Assembly: GCA_031316235.1 (NCBI GenBank)
Contig: JALDRA010000001.1
Span: forward strand, 3,630,001 to 3,662,000
From: Candidatus Scalindua sp.
GTDB taxonomy: Bacteria; Planctomycetota; Brocadiia; Brocadiales; Scalinduaceae
Direction of reading: 5' to 3'
Length of the DNA stretch: 32,000 nt
In this document: positions 8,031 through 16,619 of the stretch, piece after piece
Layout: every line of letters begins with the position of its first letter
Position numbering within the stretch: position 1 is the stretch's first letter
Program-made: the position numbers and the translations under genes
Notes under the pieces: model-generated
Seen by the model: the letters and a program-made list of their open reading frames with translations, nothing else
Databases searched by the model: none
What the model was told of the DNA's origin: nothing

Positions 8031-9218
8031 TTATTTCAATCTGTCCTTAAAAATTTTCTCTCCCGGTTTTGTGCTGACCCCAGGCCAGATCTTTCTACCA
8101 GGGTAGATCATAGTATTGATGCCCGTGTGAACATTATCGGCAATGATAGCTCCAAATTTCCTTAAACCAGTATCAACTACTTCATGTTTGACGATTGATT
8201 TTATATTTTTATTGTCATGGCGCAGATTTGCCGTTATTGTGCCGGCACCCAGATTACTGTTCTCACCAATGACACTATCTCCTATGTAGGAAAGATGAGG
8301 TACTTTTGCTTTGTCCATTATGATGCTATTTTTAATTTCAACCGCATGCCCGATATGGCAGTTATTACCGATAGATGTATTTCCTCTCAAGTAACAGTTA
8401 GGTCCAATTTTACAATCATCACCAATAACAACGTTTCCTTCGATATATGTACCAGACAAAATTTTCGTATTCTCTCCTATTGATACTTTGCCATGTATGT
8501 TAACATTTTTCTCAATTTTTCCATGTGAGTTATTTTTGATTCCAGAAACTAATGCATTATTTACTGTAAGTAAATCCCAGGGATACCCGACAGACAACCA
8601 CTGCTCTTTAACCTCCTCACATACCACTTTTTCCTTTTTTACCAGTACATTTACATAATCTACTATTTCGTATTCATCCCGTTGACTTTTTTGTAGTTTA
8701 TGGGTAAACACTGCTCTGTCAAAAACATATAAACCTGTATTTGCTAAATCTGAAACAAATTTTTTAGGTTTTTCCACAATTTTTTTTACTTCTTTTTTTT
8801 CGACAACAAAAACACCGAATCTGTCAGGATTTTCAACCTTGCATCCCAGGACAGCATATTTATGGTTTAAACATGACTGTATGTCTTTCCTGGAAAAGAT
8901 ATCATCACCACCGATTACCAGGAACCTGTCTTTAATTAATCCTTCAACCTGTTCAAGTGCGTGACCTGTGCCTAGTTGTGATAGTTGCTCCACATATGTT
9001 ATCCGTAATTTTCCCTGTTTGTGACCAATCTCATTTATTATCATCTCTTTCATAAAGCCAACTATTATGATCACTTCATCGACCAATCCTTGCAAGGCAT
9101 CAAGATTGTGTTTTATTATCTCTTTATTCATTACCTTGAGTAACGGTTTAGGTTTGGTCAATGTCAAAGGCCAGGTTCTTGTACTTTTCCCTGCAGCTAA
9201 AATCACGGCTTGTGTCAT
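8031..9218 (-). CDS. bifunctional sugar-1-phosphate nucleotidyltransferase / left-handed beta-helix acetyltransferase (short, archaeal-type GlmU-like)
   Basis: The N-terminus AVILAAGKSTRTWPLTLTKPKPLL is the NTP-transferase G-x-G-T-R motif. The C-terminal third is made of hexapeptide repeats. The start is 1 nt after the glmM stop. Confidence 0.8.
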   Translation of the reverse strand: MTQAVILAAGKSTRTWPLTLTKPKPLLKVMNKEIIKHNLDALQGLVDEVIIIVGFMKEMIINEIGHKQGKLRITYVEQLSQLGTGHALEQVEGLIKDRFLVIGGDDIFSRKDIQSCLNHKYAVLGCKVENPDRFGVFVVEKKEVKKIVEKPKKFVSDLANTGLYVFDRAVFTHKLQKSQRDEYEIVDYVNVLVKKEKVVCEEVKEQWLSVGYPWDLLTVNNALVSGIKNNSHGKIEKNVNIHGKVSIGENTKILSGTYIEGNVVIGDDCKIGPNCYLRGNTSIGNNCHIGHAVEIKNSIIMDKAKVPHLSYIGDSVIGENSNLGAGTITANLRHDNKNIKSIVKHEVVDTGLRKFGAIIADNVHTGINTMIYPGRKIWPGVSTKPGEKIFKDRLK

Positions 9219-9219
9219 A

Positions 9220-10572
9220 TTAAACTCCTATTTCGCTTTTTATCGCATTTGCAATTTCATTGGTTATTTTAGTAATATCCTCTTGGTTCTCACCTTCAAC
9301 CATTACTCTACACATATTTTGTGTTCCCGAATATCGGACAACTATTCTTCCTTTTTTTCCAAGCGTATTTTCTGCATAAGTGATTACTTTTTTTGCTTGC
9401 AGTGAATTGATATCTTTTTTCTCTTTTACTTCGATATTTTTAATTACCTGGGGCAGCGGTGTCATACATTTCGCTAATTCACTTAATTTCTTTCCTTCTT
9501 CTTTAATGATCAGTAACAATTGCAAAGCAGAGATAATACCGTCACCCGTAGTGGTATTATTTAAGAATATGATATGACCTGACTGCTCACCGCCTAAGAC
9601 ATACCCATTTTCCCTCATTGCTTCAATTACGTGTCTATCTCCCACCTGTGTCTTGACGACCTGGATGCCATTCTCTTCCATTGCGATATCAAATCCTTTA
9701 TTAGTCATGATGGTTACGGCAACACCGCTCTTGTGTAAGCTCCCCTTTTTTTGCATTGAAACAGCACATATTGCAATTATCTGATCACCATCAATAAAAT
9801 TTCCTTCTTCATCACAAACTATAACTCTATCTGCATCACCATCTAATGCGATTCCAATGTCCGCCTTCACTTTTTTTACCGTGTCTATCATATTTTCTGG
9901 ATGCAATGCCCCACAGTCTAAGTTAATATTCAGGCCATCAGGCCTGTCATTCAGTACCACGACTTCTGCACCCAACTCTCTGAAGACTTGAGGTGCGGTA
10001 CTGTAAGCGGCACCATTGGCACAATCTAACACAATTGTTAACCCTGCAAGGCATGCACTCTCTATGGAAGCCTTCGCAAATTCTATGTATCTTCCTTTTG
10101 CATCCTGCATTTTGTCTAATTTTCCGATTAGTTTACCTCGTATTGATTCTGTTTTTATCTCCTTCTCAAGAACCTTTGCTTCAATCTCCTCTTCATAACT
10201 TACTGATAATTTCTGTCCATCAGATCGGAAAATCTTTATGCCATTATCTTCAGCGGGATTATGTGATGCGCTGATGACAAGGCCGGCATCTGCCTTTAAT
10301 AATTTTGTTAAGAAGGCAATTGCAGGTGTCGGCAGGACACCAAGCATTACGGCATCAGCACCTGCGGATAAAATTCCAGCAGTCAGTGCATTTTCTATCA
10401 TGTAGCCACTGCGCCTGGTATCTTTTCCAACAAGAAACTTGGGCCTTTTTTTGCCACACTTTTCTTTGAAAACCGAAGCAATCACCTTTCCTAAATTAAG
10501 TACCATTTCGGGTGTTATAGGTGATTTATTTGCAACACCCCTAATCCCATCAGTTCCGAATAGTTTTTCCAT
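9220..10572 (-). CDS. glmM: phosphoglucosamine mutase
   Basis: MEKLFGTDGIRGVAN; the active-site loop ISASHNPAEDNGIK; the metal loop ALDGDADR; GEQSGH. Confidence 0.93.
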   Translation of the reverse strand: MEKLFGTDGIRGVANKSPITPEMVLNLGKVIASVFKEKCGKKRPKFLVGKDTRRSGYMIENALTAGILSAGADAVMLGVLPTPAIAFLTKLLKADAGLVISASHNPAEDNGIKIFRSDGQKLSVSYEEEIEAKVLEKEIKTESIRGKLIGKLDKMQDAKGRYIEFAKASIESACLAGLTIVLDCANGAAYSTAPQVFRELGAEVVVLNDRPDGLNINLDCGALHPENMIDTVKKVKADIGIALDGDADRVIVCDEEGNFIDGDQIIAICAVSMQKKGSLHKSGVAVTIMTNKGFDIAMEENGIQVVKTQVGDRHVIEAMRENGYVLGGEQSGHIIFLNNTTTGDGIISALQLLLIIKEEGKKLSELAKCMTPLPQVIKNIEVKEKKDINSLQAKKVITYAENTLGKKGRIVVRYSGTQNMCRVMVEGENQEDITKITNEIANAIKSEIGV

Positions 10573-10746
10573 TTCTTTCTCTTTTTATTTCAGAGTAAAA
10601 TATTTGCTAAGTAGTATTTTATGTTTTTTCGGAGCATGTATTTTTTTGTGGCTTATCCGGATAACACAGTTGGATGATTAAAGTGGTGCTTGGTTGCAGA
10701 TTGCATGTAAGAAACGGTACATATCGGCAGGCAAAGTGGAGCCGTT

Positions 10747-11451
10747 TCATTTAAAGGGTTCTATTATTTCTACAGTATCCGGTAATTCCAGTCTGAAAGT
10801 ATTATCGGATATTTCTCCGTTTATATTAATATTGCTCAAGGCTATAGTGTTTACGATTTCACCATCACTTTCGAACAGTTGAAATTGTGAAGGGAGCCAC
10901 TCCGTTTCTTTTATCCATAACAGGATTCGAGAATATTGAGATTCAGTAGTCTCTTTTGGTATTAGTTCTAAATGGAATATTGTTCCTTCTAAATTTGTTA
11001 AATCGTCTATGATTGAAATATCATACTTGTTTTTTATATTATCTACAGAGTACTCATAGCCAAGTTCGAAAAGATCAACTTCATGAGGAGCATTTACACC
11101 ATCATCAATCTTGTATTTTTCAACCTGTTTTTCTTCCGGATGGTAAATCCACATATAGGTACCATCGAAAACATTTACCTCATTTCTTGGGGGAAAGAAA
11201 TCTATCTTCATTTTTTTTGGTTTCTTGTATTTGAGCTTTCCATGGGATGTTTCAACAGAATCGAGCAGGGGTATATTTCTCGTATATGCTATGTCCGCAG
11301 CCATGGTCTTTACCTGCTGACTGGCATCCTCTACATAGTGTAATATTTCATCCAGTTTATTCTCATATTTCTCTTCACATGACAGGTTATTTACATAAAT
11401 AATGAGAATGCAGAAAGAAAAACCAATCACTTTGAGAATATTTTTCTTCAT
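10747..11451 (-). CDS. LolA-like outer-membrane lipoprotein carrier/sorting family protein
   Basis: I prefer ATG 11451 (MKKNILKVIGFSFCILIIYV, a signal peptide). The body pattern GKLKYKKPKKMKIDF...VFDGTYMWIYHPEEKQVEKYK resembles the LolA fold family. Confidence 0.6.
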   Translation of the reverse strand: MKKNILKVIGFSFCILIIYVNNLSCEEKYENKLDEILHYVEDASQQVKTMAADIAYTRNIPLLDSVETSHGKLKYKKPKKMKIDFFPPRNEVNVFDGTYMWIYHPEEKQVEKYKIDDGVNAPHEVDLFELGYEYSVDNIKNKYDISIIDDLTNLEGTIFHLELIPKETTESQYSRILLWIKETEWLPSQFQLFESDGEIVNTIALSNININGEISDNTFRLELPDTVEIIEPFK

Positions 11452-11600
11452 CCATTTTTCTCCTCTTAACAAGTAGCTCTTATATCGACAATGCGCGGCA
11501 TTATACCATACACACAATGGAAATGTAAGTATAATTAAGTCAATGCATCTGTTTTGAATTCTTTTCCTGTTTTTCAGCCTTCCCAGGAGCCAAACAAAAC

Positions 11601-11640
11601 TATTACAGCAACGCAGTAGGTGGGTAGTTGGTTCAACTTG
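11601..11640 (-). repeat. fragment related to the left end of MITE-like element 1
   Basis: Read on the minus strand, caagttgaaccaactacccacctactgcgttgctgtaat matches 18464-18503 (tggttgatccaaaactacccatctactgcgttgctgtaat) at about 33 of 38 positions. It begins right after the hydG TAG stop. Confidence 0.75.
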
Positions 11641-13017
11641 CTATAAATAGAGATCTCTTTCACCTTGAATCAGAGATTTTATGCAGTTTGAAGTTATTTT
11701 CCGGACCTCTGGATCTTCAATTTTCTCAAGCTCTGAGGATACGAGATTCTCAGTCTTTCGGGACAACTCTGGCTTGTGATCGAGAAGATATTCCTCGAAA
11801 GTGAGAAGAGCGTTTGGTTGACAGAGTTTTTTGATCTCTCCTGGTTTCGCAAGGCTCATAAAATTCCCGCCGGTTCTACCTGATCGATAACATGAGGTGC
11901 AGAAACTTGGGAGGAATCCCATGGAAGTCAAATCTTCTACCACTTCGGCAAGTGAACGGATGTCAGATATGCTGAACTGCCCTTGAGAATTCCCCTTACC
12001 ACTGTAACTCCCTGGACCGGTCTTTGAACCGGCCGATATCTGTGATACTCCAAGATGGAAGAGCTCATTTCTCAAGGATACCTTCTCCCTTGTTGAAAGG
12101 ATGATGCCCGTATAGGGAACGGCCAGTCTGAGAATCGCAATGATTTTTTTAAGTTCAAGATCTGAAACCCGATAGGGCGGGTGAACAGAAATATTAGAGC
12201 CGAAAGCGGGTTCAAGTCGTGGAATTGAAATAGTATGCGGGCCAACGCCAAATGTTTTCTCAAGGTGAAGTGCATGTAAAAGAAGTGCCAATACCTCGAA
12301 CCTGTAATCATAGAGGCCAAATAACGCCCCGATACCCACATCGTCTATACCGGCTCTTTGAGCATTACTGCAGGCATAAAGCCGCTTTAAATAATCAGAC
12401 TTCGGCCCACCGAGGTGCATGTTATTATACGTGCTCGAATGGTATGTTTCCTGAAATAACTGATAGGTTCCTATACCGGTATGTTTAAGCCTTTTAAAAT
12501 CCTGGATACTCATTGGTGCGACATTAACATTCAATCGCCTTATTGAGCCGTTTCCTGACTTTGTTTCATAGACGGTTTTAATAACTTCTTCTAAGTAATC
12601 GATAGTGACTGCCGGATCTTCTGCTGAAACAAGGAGTAACCGTTTGTGTCCCTGTGAGATGAGGGCCTTCGTTTCTTCCCTCACTTCTTTTGTGCTTAAA
12701 ATCCGCTTGTCACTATTTGAGGTCTCCCGGCTGAAACCACAATAAAGGCAGTTGTTAATACATCTATCTGACAAATAGAGCGGGGCAAATAATACAATGC
12801 GGTTTCCGTAAATTAAATCCTTGATCTGTCTGGCAGTTGTAAAGATCCTGTCTAATAGAATAACATCTTCACAATTAAGAAGGACGGATGCCTCTGCGGG
12901 ACTCAGGCCTTTTAATTGTAAGGACTTATTAATTATAGTCTTAACACTTTGATTGGAAGGACTTTCTGTTTTCTCCAGGATATAAGATATTTTGTCTTCG
13001 TTAATAAAGTTTTTCAT
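11641..13017 (-). CDS. hydG: HydG-type radical SAM tyrosine lyase
   Basis: CINNCLYCGF is the radical SAM CX3CX2C motif, and overall the protein resembles ThiH/HydG. The C-terminal CTSC-x22-C (CX2CX22C) motif separates HydG from ThiH. Confidence 0.8.
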   Translation of the reverse strand: MKNFINEDKISYILEKTESPSNQSVKTIINKSLQLKGLSPAEASVLLNCEDVILLDRIFTTARQIKDLIYGNRIVLFAPLYLSDRCINNCLYCGFSRETSNSDKRILSTKEVREETKALISQGHKRLLLVSAEDPAVTIDYLEEVIKTVYETKSGNGSIRRLNVNVAPMSIQDFKRLKHTGIGTYQLFQETYHSSTYNNMHLGGPKSDYLKRLYACSNAQRAGIDDVGIGALFGLYDYRFEVLALLLHALHLEKTFGVGPHTISIPRLEPAFGSNISVHPPYRVSDLELKKIIAILRLAVPYTGIILSTREKVSLRNELFHLGVSQISAGSKTGPGSYSGKGNSQGQFSISDIRSLAEVVEDLTSMGFLPSFCTSCYRSGRTGGNFMSLAKPGEIKKLCQPNALLTFEEYLLDHKPELSRKTENLVSSELEKIEDPEVRKITSNCIKSLIQGERDLYL

Positions 13018-13134
13018 ACGGGAAACCGGGATAGTCTCTCCTGTGAGCAGCTAATTTTAAATACGAATGAAATAGTATTCCTCCGAACGGACTGTTTTTA
13101 CTCTTCATTACAAAAAAAGTAACAAATTTCATAA

Positions 13135-14430
13135 TTAAATACCCAGGTCCGTAGGGGCCCTTCCAATACTTTTAAGTAATTTCAGCGCATCTTCTATCTG
13201 ATCCTCCACTGATACGTCTACCGTTGCCCTGTTGGGGTAAATATCGTAGAATCCAACATAATCTTTGGGCGTAAGGTTCAGCATTATTGAGTTTGCTCCC
13301 CCCATAAGGGCTTCCCTTCTTGCCTGTGAGTTAAGAGACTCCAGGGCCGTGGTTACAAGGATTTTCCCATACGGATCAATAAGTCTCAAGACAGAAAGGG
13401 CTTTGAGCACATATTCTATATCTGGTGTTTTACCGGCTGAAAGCGGGGTATCAGGATGCGGAATAAATGGACCGAACGAATACATATCACAACCCAGATC
13501 CTTTGCAAACAGAAAGTCATCGATAACGTTTTCAGGACTCTGTCCCGGAAGACCAATGAGACTTCCTGTAGCAATAATGTATCCGATGTTCTTCAAGAGC
13601 CTGATAAACCTGGTCCTCTCTTTAATGGAGGAATGAGGATGTAACGTTGAATATAGATTTTGATCTGACGTCTCAAACCTAAACAGGACACCCTTAGCTC
13701 CTGCATCAAAAGCCTTTTGATAAAAAACCTCTTCCCTTTCTCCCACACTCAGGAAAATAAAAACAGGATAATTTTCCCTTATCTCCTTGATTAGATGTAA
13801 AATATCTTCCGAACGGTAAGTATGGTCTTCACCGGATTGCAAAACGATACCCTTAAATCCGAAACGTTTTACCGCATCCGCAACAACTTCAAGAATCTCT
13901 TCGGTATCAAGACTGAATCTATTGAGGAGAGTGTTCTCCGCGTTTATACCGCAGTATGTACATCGACAGGCACAGATATTTGAGAACTCAATAATTCCAT
14001 GCACACAGCAGGCATTACCTAAAAATTTCTGCCGAATGAAGTTTGCGGCGTTGTGTAATACCGTCACTTCATCAGGATCTTCGCTTAACAGTAATTTCAA
14101 GGCTTCCTGGTCCGTTATTGACCTGCCATATGCCGCCCTGTTGATAATCTTCAGAAACTCCTTATCCACATTAGGCTTGTCATTATACAATCTGGATAAT
14201 CGTCCGTCAATTTTCTTAAGCTCAAAGAACAGCTCCCTCCACGCGTCAAGGATTTCCCCTGCAACCTTTTCATCTATTTTTTGTACAACAAACCCTCCCT
14301 GTGCATAAATATAGTCTCCCACCCGGAGCTCGTAAAAATCGTTTCTTGCCTTCCTCTCTTCTCCAAAATAATCCACTGTAATAAGGTTGCCAGCAATACT
14401 CTTTACGTTTCCGGGAATGGCGTAACACAT
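13135..14430 (-). CDS. hydE: HypC/HupF-like domain fused to a HydE-type radical SAM enzyme
   Basis: Residues 1-75 (MCYAIPGNVKSIAGNLITVDYFGEERKA...RVGDYIYAQGGFVVQKIDEKVAGEILDAW) match the HypC signature (Cys2, PG, VGD-x-V/I...GF). The remainder has IIEFSNICACRCTYCG and KGIVLQSGED, typical of HydE. Confidence 0.8.
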   Translation of the reverse strand: MCYAIPGNVKSIAGNLITVDYFGEERKARNDFYELRVGDYIYAQGGFVVQKIDEKVAGEILDAWRELFFELKKIDGRLSRLYNDKPNVDKEFLKIINRAAYGRSITDQEALKLLLSEDPDEVTVLHNAANFIRQKFLGNACCVHGIIEFSNICACRCTYCGINAENTLLNRFSLDTEEILEVVADAVKRFGFKGIVLQSGEDHTYRSEDILHLIKEIRENYPVFIFLSVGEREEVFYQKAFDAGAKGVLFRFETSDQNLYSTLHPHSSIKERTRFIRLLKNIGYIIATGSLIGLPGQSPENVIDDFLFAKDLGCDMYSFGPFIPHPDTPLSAGKTPDIEYVLKALSVLRLIDPYGKILVTTALESLNSQARREALMGGANSIMLNLTPKDYVGFYDIYPNRATVDVSVEDQIEDALKLLKSIGRAPTDLGI

Positions 14431-14485
14431 ATTTTTGCCTCAATCTGGATGCTACTAAACCACAATAATTAAAACAGATCTTAAT

Positions 14486-14597
14486 GATTTTCGGATAAAA
14501 TCCGAGATAAATCTGAGCGAGTATACCTTCACCAAGATTTGGTTTCCGGTAAAACCGGAAACCAAATCGGTTTTAGTATATTATAGATATTGAATCT
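14486..14597 (+). repeat. double-hairpin intergenic repeat, family A, copy 2
   Basis: Hairpin A is tcggat-aaa-atccga. Hairpin B (14536-14568) has perfect 15-bp arms (gatttggtttccggt / accggaaaccaaatc) and an AAA loop, followed by ggttttagtatat. It lies between the divergent hypC-hydE and thiC genes. Confidence 0.88.
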
Positions 14598-14683
14598 ACC
14601 AGCTTGGCCTGAGATTGTCTAACTTTTTCTAAACTGCAAACATGAGGGTGTATCAAGTAAATCATCATTACAGCAAAAACATT

Positions 14684-14712
14684 TTGACAATTATTGCTTA
14701 TTATCCTAGAAT
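14684..14712 (+). promoter_or_regulatory. near-consensus sigma-70 promoter for thiC
   Basis: TTGACA (14684-14689), a 17-nt spacer, then TAGAAT (14707-14712). It lies about 50 nt upstream of ATG 14765. Confidence 0.5.
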
Positions 14713-14764
14713 TTTACCATATTTTAGCCGTAATTTTACGTTAGTCAAAAAAGGGGAAGACAGA

Positions 14765-16093
14765 ATGAAGACTCAACTCGAAAGGGCAAGGGATGGTGAA
14801 ATAACGCCTCAAATGAGAGAGGCGGCACAATATGATGATGTGAGCCCTGAATTTATCCGTGAGGGTCTTGCGAAAGGTCAGATTGTAATCTATGGTAATC
14901 CGCAAAGAGAGGCACGGGTTGTTGGTATCGGGAAAGGGCTCAGAACAAAGATTAATGCGAGCATTGGGACTTCTCCGGATATAATAGACTTTGATATGGA
15001 AGTTGAAAAGGCGCTGGTTGCTGAAAAAACCGGTGCTGACACGCTGATGGAACTTTCAACGGGGGGTGATTTGGCTGAAGTGAGAAGGAGGGTTCTCGAT
15101 GCTACAAAATTAACGGTAGGAACTGTCCCGCTTTATCAGGCTGCCATAGAAACTATCCGCAAAAAAGGTTCCGTGATTCATATGGAAGCTGACTACCTGT
15201 TTGAAATTATTGAAAAGCAGGCAGCAGAGGGGATCGGCTTTATGGCTATCCATTGCGGTATTAACCTCATCACCTTGGAACGTTTAAAGAGGCAGGGATA
15301 TCGGTTTGGAGGGCTGGTAAGTAGAGGCGGCTCTTTTTTGACAGCATGGATGAACCACAATAAGAGGGAAAATCCCCTCTATGAACAGATCGACAGGCTC
15401 ATTGACATCATGAAGAAATACGATGTTATCTTAAGTCTTGGCAATGGCTTGAGGGCAGGTGCGGTACATGATAGTACCGATCGCGCCCAGATTCAGGAAT
15501 TGATCATTAACTCAGAGGTTGCAGAATATGCCCAGAAGAAGGGGGTACAGATAATTGTGGAAGGGCCCGGACACATCCCTATCGATGAAATAGAAGCAAA
15601 TGTTATCATTCAGAAACGGATGAGTAATAATGCACCGTTTTATATGCTTGGTCCCATCACAACTGATGTCGCACCCGGATATGATCATATTACATCGGCT
15701 ATCGGTGCCGCTTTGTCATCTCGATATGGTGCTGACTTTATCTGCTATGTGACGCCACCGGAACACCTTGCACTTCCGAAACCTGATGATGTAAGGGAGG
15801 GTGTCATTGCGGCCAAGATTGCTGTCCATATTGGTGATATGGTGAAACTTGGTGATAAAGCTAAAAACCGTGACTTAAAGATGGGTATTGCGAGGCGTGA
15901 TCTCGATTGGAAAACACAGTATGAGACTGCTATTACGTCTGAAAAGGCAAAACAGATAAGAGGTGAGAGGCCACCAGCGGATGATGATACCTGCACCATG
16001 TGTGGAAATGTGTGTTCATTAAAGGGTGTGAGAGAATATTACGAAGATGATTTAAATGAAAGCCGGAAGAAATCAGTTTCAACTGCATTGTGA
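14765..16093 (+). CDS. thiC: phosphomethylpyrimidine synthase (short anaerobe-type ThiC)
   Basis: AGGGGAAG RBS upstream of ATG 14765. Strong ThiC resemblance throughout (LMELSTGGD, GTVPLYQA, VEGPGHIP, FYMLGPITTD), plus the C-terminal Cys triad CTMCGNVC. The ORF-track start at 14642 adds an implausible 41-aa extension. Confidence 0.93.
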   Translation: MKTQLERARDGEITPQMREAAQYDDVSPEFIREGLAKGQIVIYGNPQREARVVGIGKGLRTKINASIGTSPDIIDFDMEVEKALVAEKTGADTLMELSTGGDLAEVRRRVLDATKLTVGTVPLYQAAIETIRKKGSVIHMEADYLFEIIEKQAAEGIGFMAIHCGINLITLERLKRQGYRFGGLVSRGGSFLTAWMNHNKRENPLYEQIDRLIDIMKKYDVILSLGNGLRAGAVHDSTDRAQIQELIINSEVAEYAQKKGVQIIVEGPGHIPIDEIEANVIIQKRMSNNAPFYMLGPITTDVAPGYDHITSAIGAALSSRYGADFICYVTPPEHLALPKPDDVREGVIAAKIAVHIGDMVKLGDKAKNRDLKMGIARRDLDWKTQYETAITSEKAKQIRGERPPADDDTCTMCGNVCSLKGVREYYEDDLNESRKKSVSTAL

Positions 16094-16136
16094 AATATCT
16101 CCCATTTCATCACATTTAACAAAACAGCTGTAAGTT

Positions 16137-16619
16137 ATGGATTGGCATGTAACCAAAGGGGCAAAGAACTGCTCACGTTGTGAAAAACTGTTTGAAGAAG
16201 AAGAGGAATATTTCTCTGCACTTTATGACAATGATGCTGAATTTACGAGAAAGGATCTCTGTTTAAGCTGCTGGGATATGAACCGACAGGAAGACTCTTT
16301 TTCTTATTGGAAAACAAAAGTACATAAAAAGGCAGAACCTGTTCGTCAATATGCGAACATAGAGGTGTTTTATGATCTGTTTGTTCGTTCTGAAAATGAA
16401 GATAATGCTTCGAATAAAAACTTTCGATACGTTCTTGCCTTATATTTGGTGAGAAAAAAAGTGTTAACACTGAAATCTATAAGTCGTGAAAATGGCGAAG
16501 AATTTCTGATCCTGCAAAAAAGTAAGGAAGACAAAGAGACTAAGGTCTTTAATCCGAGACTGGATCAGGAAGGGATACTCGCGGTTAAAGAAGAGATTGG
16601 CAAATTGTTAGGGTGTTAA
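16137..16619 (+). CDS. hypothetical protein with N-terminal 4-Cys zinc-ribbon-like motif
   Basis: CSRC...CLSCW pattern near the N-terminus. I recognise no other domain. It starts 43 nt after thiC. Confidence 0.5.
   Translation: MDWHVTKGAKNCSRCEKLFEEEEEYFSALYDNDAEFTRKDLCLSCWDMNRQEDSFSYWKTKVHKKAEPVRQYANIEVFYDLFVRSENEDNASNKNFRYVLALYLVRKKVLTLKSISRENGEEFLILQKSKEDKETKVFNPRLDQEGILAVKEEIGKLLGC

Noticed and set aside
10653-10664. Perfect 12-bp palindrome TTATCCGGATAA upstream of glmM as an operator
   Set aside because: Several 12-bp perfect palindromes are expected by chance in 32 kb. There is no second copy or supporting context.
14431-14764. TPP riboswitch upstream of thiC
   Set aside because: Only a lone CTGAGA hexamer is present and the other conserved THI-box segments are absent. 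The predicted promoter leaves too short a leader.
14642-14764. 41-aa N-terminal extension of ThiC suggested by the ORF track
   Set aside because: The extension overlaps the predicted promoter and has non-protein-like composition. ATG 14765 has a good RBS and begins the conserved ThiC N-terminus.
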